A stretch of 19,686 bases of DNA, from the NCBI GenBank assembly GCA_043779265.1, contig JAYWEM010000123.1, forward strand, positions 1-19,686, given 5' to 3'. Source of the stretch: a bacterium. GTDB lineage: Bacteria; Eisenbacteria; RBG-16-71-46. Numbering within the stretch: position 1 is the first letter of the stretch; each line of letters begins with the position of its first letter. A program made the translations under genes and the position numbers. Below, one piece after another: positions 6,924 to 13,824 of this stretch. The notes beneath the pieces were generated by a model, which saw only the letters and a list, made by a program, of their open reading frames with translations, was not told the DNA's origin and made no database searches.

Positions 6924-9378
6924 CAAGACCGCGAAGGGCGCCACCAAGAAGAAGGCGACCGCTCGCAAGGCGCGCCCGGCCAAGAAGGCCGCCGAGGACG
7001 CTGCCGCCACCGCGCCCGTCAAGCGCAAGCGCGCGACCAAGGCGTCGACCAAGGCGGCCGAGAGCGAGGAGTTGGACGAAGCGGCTCTCGACGCCTCGGT
7101 CGGCGCCAAGGCCGATGGCAAGAGCCTCGTCATCGTCGAGTCGCCGACCAAGTCCAAGACGCTGACCAAGTTCCTCGGCAAGGATTTCATGGTGCTCGCG
7201 TCCAACGGGCACGTCATGGACCTGCCGAAGAGCCAGCTCGGCGTGGACCTCGAGAACGACTTCGAGCCCGAGTACGTGCCGATCAAGACCAAGAACCAGG
7301 CACTCGGCAAGATCCGCGCAGCTGCCAAGCGCGCGGCCAACATCTATCTGGCTCCGGATCCCGATCGCGAGGGCGAGGCGATCGCGTGGCACTTGGCGAT
7401 GGCCCTCAAGAGCGCCAAGAAGCCGCTCCGCCGCCTGACCTTCAACGAGATCACGCAGCGGGCCGTCACCGAGGCGCTGAAGAACTCGCGTGATCTCGAC
7501 ATGAACCTGGTGAACGCGCAGCAGGCTCGCCGTGTGCTCGACCGCCTCGTCGGCTACAAGGTCAGCCCGTTCGTGTGGAGCACGGTCAAGTACGGGCTGT
7601 CGGCGGGACGCGTCCAGAGTGTCGCGCTGCGCCTGATCTGCGAGCGCGAGGACTCGATCCGTGCTTTCGTGCCCGAGGAATACTGGACGCTCGAGGTCGA
7701 CTACGAGACCCCGGCGAAGGACCGCTTCACCGCCAGGCTGGTGCGGGTCGGCGACGAGGTGCTCGACAAGGCCCGGCTCACGGGTGCCGATGCGGGCGAC
7801 CGAGCTCGCTCCCTGGGAGAGGAGCTGGCGGCGGCCTCCGCGAGCATCACCAACGTCGAGGTCAAGCCCCGCAAGAAGGGCGCGGTCCCGCCATTCATCA
7901 CGTCCTCGCTGCAGCAGGCGGCGAGCAATCGCTACGGATTCACGAGTCAGCGCACGATGCAGGTGGCCCAGAAGCTCTACGAGGGTCTCGAGCTGAAGGG
8001 CGAGGGCAGCGTCGGCTTGATCACCTACATGCGTACCGACTCGACGAGATTCTCGGATGAGGCGCTCACCGAGATCCGCGCCTGGCTCGGCCGCGAGTTC
8101 GGCGCGGAGTACGTGCCGGAGAAGCCGAATTTCTTCAAGTCCAAGAAGGGCGCGCAGGATGCGCACGAGGCGATTCGCCCGACCTCGGTCGAGCGCACGC
8201 CCGCTTCGCTGCGACCGTACCTCACCGATGAACAGTTCAAGCTGTACGACCTCATCTGGAAGCGCGCTGTCGCGTCGCAGTCCACGCCGGCCGAACATGA
8301 TCTGACGACCGTCGACATCGAAGCGGGGCGGCTCGGCATGCGCGCGTCCGGCACGGTGATGCGGTTCCCGGGCTGGCTGAAGGTCTGGGGCCGCGACGAG
8401 GTCGAGGAGCAGGAGGAGGGCCGTCTGCCCGAGGTCGCGGTCGGGATGGCGCTGGCCGTCGCCTCCGAGCCGTCGGGTGACGAGGAAGAGTCGTTGCGTC
8501 CCTCGCAGCACTTCACTCAGCCGCCGCCTCGCTACACCGATGCCTCGCTCATCAAGACACTCGAGGAGGAGGGAATCGGCCGACCGAGCACGTACGCGAC
8601 GATCGTGACCACGATCACGAAGCGCGATTACGTGGAACGCGAGGGCCGCAGTCTCAAGCCCACCGACCTCGGCATGCTGGTCACCAAGTTGCTCGTGGAC
8701 ACGTTCGACGATGTCTTCAATGTCGAGTTCACCAAGGGCATGGAGTCCGAGCTCGACGAGGTCGAGGACGGCAAGCGCGAGTGGCAGTCGGTGGTGCGTG
8801 AACTCTGGACCCCGCTCAGCCGCGATCTCGAGAACGCCAAGAAGCGGACCAAGGAGATCAAGGCGAGCCTGCAGCAGCCGACCGACATCACCTGTCCGTC
8901 ATGCAGTCAGCACCAGCTCGTCAAGAAGTTCGGACGCAACGGCGCGTTCCTCGCCTGTCCGGGCTATCCCGACTGCAAGCACACGCAGCCGCTCGACCAG
9001 AGCGAACTGCCCGTGCCGGTCGATGGCATCTGCGACCTGTGTGGATCCGGACTCGTGGCGCGCAATGGCCCCTACGGCCGTTACATCCATTGCGAGAAGC
9101 GGCCGGAGTGCAAGTTCACCAAGCCCTTCACCGTCGGCGTGGCCTGCCCCCAGTGCAAGGAGGGCGAGATCGCCGAGAAGCGCAGTCGCAAGGGCAAGAT
9201 GTTCTTCTCCTGCACGCGCTACCCGCAGTGCGACTACGCGCTGTGGGACCGGCCGCGCCCGACACCCTGCCCGAGCTGCAACGCCCCATTCCTGGTGGAG
9301 AAAGTGGCCAAGTCGGGGGCGCATCTCGCCTGTCTGACCTGCAAGTCCAAGTTCCCCGCCGAGTCGGTCGGTGCGTGA
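6898..9378 (+). CDS. topA: DNA topoisomerase I (type IA) with Lys/Ala-rich N-terminal extension and C-terminal C4 zinc ribbons
   Basis: Toprim LVIVESPTK and DPDREGEAI; SAGRVQS; catalytic LITYMRTDS; AQDAHEAIRPT; GIGRPSTY; several CxxC zinc-ribbon repeats at the C-terminus. SD-like GGAGAG precedes ATG 6898. Confidence 0.97.
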   Translation: MATSKARTNKTAKGATKKKATARKARPAKKAAEDAAATAPVKRKRATKASTKAAESEELDEAALDASVGAKADGKSLVIVESPTKSKTLTKFLGKDFMVLASNGHVMDLPKSQLGVDLENDFEPEYVPIKTKNQALGKIRAAAKRAANIYLAPDPDREGEAIAWHLAMALKSAKKPLRRLTFNEITQRAVTEALKNSRDLDMNLVNAQQARRVLDRLVGYKVSPFVWSTVKYGLSAGRVQSVALRLICEREDSIRAFVPEEYWTLEVDYETPAKDRFTARLVRVGDEVLDKARLTGADAGDRARSLGEELAAASASITNVEVKPRKKGAVPPFITSSLQQAASNRYGFTSQRTMQVAQKLYEGLELKGEGSVGLITYMRTDSTRFSDEALTEIRAWLGREFGAEYVPEKPNFFKSKKGAQDAHEAIRPTSVERTPASLRPYLTDEQFKLYDLIWKRAVASQSTPAEHDLTTVDIEAGRLGMRASGTVMRFPGWLKVWGRDEVEEQEEGRLPEVAVGMALAVASEPSGDEEESLRPSQHFTQPPPRYTDASLIKTLEEEGIGRPSTYATIVTTITKRDYVEREGRSLKPTDLGMLVTKLLVDTFDDVFNVEFTKGMESELDEVEDGKREWQSVVRELWTPLSRDLENAKKRTKEIKASLQQPTDITCPSCSQHQLVKKFGRNGAFLACPGYPDCKHTQPLDQSELPVPVDGICDLCGSGLVARNGPYGRYIHCEKRPECKFTKPFTVGVACPQCKEGEIAEKRSRKGKMFFSCTRYPQCDYALWDRPRPTPCPSCNAPFLVEKVAKSGAHLACLTCKSKFPAESVGA

Positions 9379-10255
9379 GGCACTCGAACAGTTCCTGAGC
9401 GAGTTCGCCTCGGCGAGGCGAGGCTCGAAGCACACGCTGGCCGCCTATCGACGCGACATCACGCGCGTGCTCGATTCAGTCTCGGGCGAGGGCCGAGCGG
9501 TCGCGCCCGAGCAGTGGGACGCTCCCCTGCTGGAGCGCGCCATGCGCGAGTCGCACCGCACCGGACATGCCGCATCGAGCACCGCGCGGGCACTGGCCGC
9601 CTGGCGGAGCTTCGGGCGTTTCCTCGTGCGCCGCGGCATCCTGGCATCCGACCCGGCCCGGGCGCTGCCGTTCCCGCGGCGCGCCATGCGACTGCCGCGC
9701 ACGTTACCGCGGCTCGACCTCAACGACGCGCTCGACGCGTTGGGCTCGGCTGCCGATCCGTCGGCGCCGCGCGACCGTGCGCTGCTCGAGTGTCTGTACT
9801 CGGCGGGGCTGCGCCTCTCGGAGATCGTGGGGCTCGACCGAGGCGACCTCGATCGCGGCGCTCGATTGCTCCGGGTGCGGGGCAAGGGGCGGCGTGAACG
9901 CGTTGTGCCAATCGGTGAGCGCGCTCTCTCGGCCATCGATGCGTACTGGTCCCACACGGGCGCAGTGGTGGCGCCACGCGATGCTCCGGTGTTCGCCGGG
10001 CGCTTCGGACGCCTCGCCGGCCGGACGGTCCAGCGCATCGTCGCCAAACGATTGGCGCAGGCGGCCGGCGGACTCGGCGTGACGCCACACGCGTTGCGGC
10101 ACTCGTTCGCCAGCCACCTGCTGGATGCGGGCGCCGACCTGAGGGCGATCCAGGAGTTGCTGGGTCACGCCTCGCTCTCGAGCACGCAGGTGTACACGCA
10201 CGTCACTCGCACGAGGCTTCAGCGCGCCTATGCCCAGGCCCATCCGCGCGCCTGA
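9371..10255 (+). CDS. xerC: Tyrosine recombinase XerC-like
   Basis: GTG start overlapping the topA stop. Motifs RDRALLECLYSAGLRLSE, GKGRRER, HALRHSFASHLL and LLGHASLSSTQVY supply the R-K-H-R-H-Y catalytic set. 294 aa. The topA-xerC synteny argues for a housekeeping Xer rather than a phage integrase; XerC versus XerD is inferred from context. Confidence 0.85.
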   Translation: MREALEQFLSEFASARRGSKHTLAAYRRDITRVLDSVSGEGRAVAPEQWDAPLLERAMRESHRTGHAASSTARALAAWRSFGRFLVRRGILASDPARALPFPRRAMRLPRTLPRLDLNDALDALGSAADPSAPRDRALLECLYSAGLRLSEIVGLDRGDLDRGARLLRVRGKGRRERVVPIGERALSAIDAYWSHTGAVVAPRDAPVFAGRFGRLAGRTVQRIVAKRLAQAAGGLGVTPHALRHSFASHLLDAGADLRAIQELLGHASLSSTQVYTHVTRTRLQRAYAQAHPRA

Positions 10256-11288
10256 GCGGGGAGCGCGACTCGCGCTCACCCTCGCGCTCACGTTCGCCAT
10301 CGCCTCGTGCGCGAAGAAGGGGCCCCCGAGCGGCGGTCCGCCCGACCTCGTGATGCCGAGCGTCTCGGAGGCGTCGCCGGACTCCGGCGCCAGCGGGGTG
10401 CCGCGCCATGCCCGCCTGACGCTCACGTTCAGCGAGGGCATGGAGCCGCGCAGCACTGGCGACGCCATCTCGCTCGCACCTCCCGTCACGATCCGGCAGC
10501 GGCGCTGGAGCGGTCGCACGCTCACGCTCGTGCTGGGTGAGTCGCTGGCCGTGGACCGGGCCTACACGCTCTCGGTCGGACACGGCGCGCGGGATCGCCA
10601 TGGCAACAACATGGTGAGCGGCCGGGCGATTGTGTTCACGACCGCCGATCGCTTCCCGCCGGGATCCATCGGCGGCACGATCGACGCCGTCGGTTTCGCC
10701 GTCGCCGGCACCGCCCTGTGGTGCTACGAGGAGGGCGATACGCCCGACAGCACCGCGCGCGACTTCATGGCGCTCGGACTCGCGGATGCGCGAGGCGAAT
10801 TCCGCATCGCCGGTTTAGCGGTGCCGGGGCGTTATCGGATCTGGGCGTTCGTCGACCAGAATCGCAACCGGTCCTTCGAGCCGGGTGCCGATCTGCTCGC
10901 TGCGGCCGAGACCACGCTCGTGCTGAGCGCGGACGCGCCGGCGGCCGAAGGGGTCCTGCTCCGCGTGGTCAATCCCAAGGCGCCCGGGCAGGTGCGGGGC
11001 GTCGTCGTCGACACGCTGGGAGATGATCGTGGCGCGCTCCGCCTGATGGTGCTCTCCGAGACCGATTCGACGAAGCGCCTGCTCTACGAGGTGGCCGATC
11101 GCGGGAGTTTCGACTTCCGCTTCGATCCTGGCGTCTATCGGGTGCGCGCGTTCCGCGATGTCGACCGCAATCGCATCTGGAAACGCGAGGAGGAACCGGG
11201 CAGTGAGGAGTATCGTCTGACGGTGACGCCAGCCGGCGTGGTCGAGGGGATCCACTTCACGTTGCGTCGGCCGGGCGAGGAGATCTGA
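10230..11288 (+). CDS. Ig-like (Big_5-type) domain lipoprotein
   Basis: Lipoprotein signal LALTLALTFAIAS-C followed by AKKGPPSGGPPD (the CA..G.P.GGP.D pattern of FCB-type Ig-like lipoproteins). LTFSEGM...YTLSVG..ARDRHGN is Big_5-like. Two GxYxxxAFxDxxxN repeats (GRYRIWAFVDQNRN, GVYRVRAFRDVDRN). Confidence 0.75.
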   Translation: MPRPIRAPERGARLALTLALTFAIASCAKKGPPSGGPPDLVMPSVSEASPDSGASGVPRHARLTLTFSEGMEPRSTGDAISLAPPVTIRQRRWSGRTLTLVLGESLAVDRAYTLSVGHGARDRHGNNMVSGRAIVFTTADRFPPGSIGGTIDAVGFAVAGTALWCYEEGDTPDSTARDFMALGLADARGEFRIAGLAVPGRYRIWAFVDQNRNRSFEPGADLLAAAETTLVLSADAPAAEGVLLRVVNPKAPGQVRGVVVDTLGDDRGALRLMVLSETDSTKRLLYEVADRGSFDFRFDPGVYRVRAFRDVDRNRIWKREEEPGSEEYRLTVTPAGVVEGIHFTLRRPGEEI

Positions 11289-12124
11289 TGGCCAGCGAGT
11301 TCGAGTTCCGGAAGATGCACGGGGCGGCCAACGACTTCGTGGTGATCGATCACCGCGAGCCGTTCGTCCCGACGTCTCCGACCGAGTTGTTCGCCCGCCT
11401 GTGCGATCGACGCCGTGGGATCGGCGCCGATGGCGTCCTTCTGCTTGAGCCGAGCCCGGGTTGTGACTTCGCCATGCGCTACTTCAACTCCGACGGCGAA
11501 GCCGCCGAGTTCTGCGGCAACGGCGCGCGCTGCATCGCCCGCTTCGCGCTCGATCTGGGGCTCGGTCGGGACGGAGTCGTGAGGTTCGCGACCGCGGTCG
11601 GCGAGAAGCGTGGGACCGCGCTGGACGATGGCCGCATCGCGCTGACGTTCGGCACATTCGAAGACGGTGCCCGAGTGTCCCTGAATGCGGCGGGCCGCAC
11701 CTTCGAGGGTCGGCGCCTCGTCACTGGCGTTCCGCATCTGGTGGTGGAGGCCGAGGACCTCGATGCGGTGCCGCTCTCGGAGTGGGCGCCGCCGCTCCGC
11801 CGTCATGTGTCGCTCGGGCCCGCCGGTGCCAATGTGGACTTCGTGAGCCGACTCGGCGAGGGTCGTGTGGCGATGCGGACCTTCGAGCGCGGCGTCGAGG
11901 GCGAGACGCTCGCCTGCGGCAGCGGGGCGATCGCGTGCGCGCGTTGGGCGATGCTCGATGCGGGGATGGAGTCGCCGATCGGCGTTCGGACGCGCGGGGG
12001 CGATGAGTTGTGGGTGGAGTTCGTGCGGGGCGAGTCGGGGCTCGAGGCCACGCTCACCGGTCCCGCCGTGACGGTGTACGCCGGTCGATGGTGCGAGAGC
12101 GCCAAGACCGTTCGCGCCACTTGA
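11288..12124 (+). CDS. dapF: Diaminopimelate epimerase
   Basis: FRKMHGAANDFVVID, GIGADG, catalytic Cys motifs FCGNGARC and ETLACGSGA, TGVPH and RTFERGV. Confidence 0.96.
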   Translation: MASEFEFRKMHGAANDFVVIDHREPFVPTSPTELFARLCDRRRGIGADGVLLLEPSPGCDFAMRYFNSDGEAAEFCGNGARCIARFALDLGLGRDGVVRFATAVGEKRGTALDDGRIALTFGTFEDGARVSLNAAGRTFEGRRLVTGVPHLVVEAEDLDAVPLSEWAPPLRRHVSLGPAGANVDFVSRLGEGRVAMRTFERGVEGETLACGSGAIACARWAMLDAGMESPIGVRTRGGDELWVEFVRGESGLEATLTGPAVTVYAGRWCESAKTVRAT

Positions 12125-12135
12125 GAGGAGCCGGC

Positions 12136-13023
12136 ATGTTCGAGGGTCTGTCAGTCGCGATGGTGACGCCGTTCCAGCGAGGCGCCATCGACATGGATGC
12201 CACCTCCCGGCTGATCGAGCACATGATCGGCGGCGGGGTCGAGGGACTCGTCGTGTCGGGTTCGACGGGGGAGGCGGCGACCACGACGTTCGAGGAGCGC
12301 CGCACGCTGTGGGCGTTCGTCAAGGCCCAGGCGCGCGGGCGGGCGTGGGTGGTGGCGGGGACCGGAAGCAACTCGACAGCCGACTCGATCCAGAACACGC
12401 GGCTCGCCGAGGAACTCGGCCTCGATGGCGCGATGGTCGTGACGCCGTACTACAACAAGCCGACGCCCAAGGGTCAGGTGGCGCATTTCCGCGCCGTGGC
12501 GCAGAGCACGCAGTTGCCGCTGCTGCTCTACAACGTGCCCGGGCGCACCGGGACCAACACACGCCCCGAGACCTTGGCGCAGGTTCAGGATCTGACGAAC
12601 GTGAAGGCGGTCAAGGAGGCCTCGGGCGATCTCGACCAGATGAGCCAGGTGAAGACGAGGACCACGCTGACGCTGCTCTCGGGTGATGACAGCCTGACGC
12701 TCGCCTGCGCCGCGGTCGGGGGCGAGGGCATCGTGTCGGTCGCAGGGCAGGTCGCCCCGAAGCCGATGCGCGAACTGGCGGATCACTGCCGCGCCGGTCG
12801 CTGGCGCGAGGCGCGCGAGGTGCACGAGCGACTCCAGCCGTTGTTCAAAGCGCTCTTCATCGAGTCCAATCCGGGCCCGGTCAAGTACGCGCTGTCCGCA
12901 ATGGGCCTGATCGGGAACGAGTTGCGCCTGCCCTTGGTCCCGGTCGAGCCCTCGACCGAGGCGGCGATGCGAGACGCGCTGCGCGCCCTGGGCATCGCGG
13001 CCGCCGAGCCCGCCCGCGCATGA
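12136..13023 (+). CDS. dapA: 4-hydroxy-tetrahydrodipicolinate synthase
   Basis: Start at ATG 12136 after SD GAGAGGAG. Motifs AMVTPF, GSTGE, VTPYYNKPT, LYNVPGRTG, Schiff-base Lys in AVKEASG, LSGDD and LFIESNPGPVK. Confidence 0.97.
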   Translation: MFEGLSVAMVTPFQRGAIDMDATSRLIEHMIGGGVEGLVVSGSTGEAATTTFEERRTLWAFVKAQARGRAWVVAGTGSNSTADSIQNTRLAEELGLDGAMVVTPYYNKPTPKGQVAHFRAVAQSTQLPLLLYNVPGRTGTNTRPETLAQVQDLTNVKAVKEASGDLDQMSQVKTRTTLTLLSGDDSLTLACAAVGGEGIVSVAGQVAPKPMRELADHCRAGRWREAREVHERLQPLFKALFIESNPGPVKYALSAMGLIGNELRLPLVPVEPSTEAAMRDALRALGIAAAEPARA

Positions 13024-13790
13024 TCCGGATCGCGGTGGTCGGAGCTGCGGGCCGCATGGGCCGTGCGGTGGAGTCGGCCGCGGCAGCTGCTGGTGTCACG
13101 ATCGCGGCACGCATCGAGCGCGCCGGGAATCCGGGCACGCCTGCCGGGGTATGGACGGGTGACCTGGCCGATGTGGTCGAGCCGGGCATGGTGGTCATCG
13201 AATTCACGGGGCCCGAGGGGGCGAGACGGGCAGCCGAGGTGTGCGCCGCCAAGGGCGCGGCGCTCGTCTCGGGTGCCACCGGGCTCACGGCCGAGGACGA
13301 GGCCGTGGTTCGCAGCGCCTCGGCCAAGGTCGCGGTGGTGCGGGCGAGCAACTTCAGCCTGGGTATCGCCGCGCTGCGTGCGGCGCTGCGGGCCGCTGCA
13401 GCGAGCCTTCCCGCGAGTTGGGACGTCGAGATCGTGGAACGGCATCATCGCCTCAAGAAGGACAGTCCATCGGGTACGGCGCTCACGCTCGCCGACGATC
13501 TGCTCGCGGCGCGCGGTGAGACGCGCTCGAGTCTCCGACATGGCCGCGAGGGCGTGGCCGGGCCGAGAGAGCCGGGCGAGCTCGGGATGCACGCGGTGCG
13601 CGGCGGCACGTGGGTGGGCGACCATCAGGTGCTGTTCGCGGGGGAGGGCGAGTGGCTCGAACTGAGGCATGTTGCGCAGGACCGCTCGGCGTTCGCGCAC
13701 GGCGCAGTGGCCGCGGCTCGTTTCGCTGGCGCCGCCGCCGCCGGCTGGTACACCCTCGATGACGTGCTTCGTGGACCGGGCCGCGCGTGA
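13020..13790 (+). CDS. dapB: 4-hydroxy-tetrahydrodipicolinate reductase
   Basis: Rossmann motif VVGAAGRMG, SGATG, SNFSLG, substrate loop ERHHRLKKDSPSGTA, AVRGG, and FAHGA. Confidence 0.96.
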   Translation: MIRIAVVGAAGRMGRAVESAAAAAGVTIAARIERAGNPGTPAGVWTGDLADVVEPGMVVIEFTGPEGARRAAEVCAAKGAALVSGATGLTAEDEAVVRSASAKVAVVRASNFSLGIAALRAALRAAAASLPASWDVEIVERHHRLKKDSPSGTALTLADDLLAARGETRSSLRHGREGVAGPREPGELGMHAVRGGTWVGDHQVLFAGEGEWLELRHVAQDRSAFAHGAVAAARFAGAAAAGWYTLDDVLRGPGRA

Positions 13791-13824
13791 TCCTCGACTT
13801 CCCCGATCGGTTGTTCCGAGTCCC

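Noticed and set aside
9371..10255. Tyrosine recombinase as a marker of a prophage or integrative element
   Set aside because: Its size, motifs and topA linkage fit a chromosomal Xer. There is no adjacent tRNA, att-like repeat, cargo or visible compositional shift, and I found no dif-like site in the window.
10270..10292. Tandem CTCGCGCTCAC repeat
   Set aside because: It simply encodes LALT-LALT in the lipoprotein signal peptide; two copies only, not an array.
13669..13824. Longer ORF-track starts (13669, also 1240, 3025, 3433, 6402, 12010, 18803)
   Set aside because: They overlap upstream genes or promoter elements and add non-homologous sequence. The downstream starts fit SD, promoter, signal-peptide or family N-terminus evidence better.
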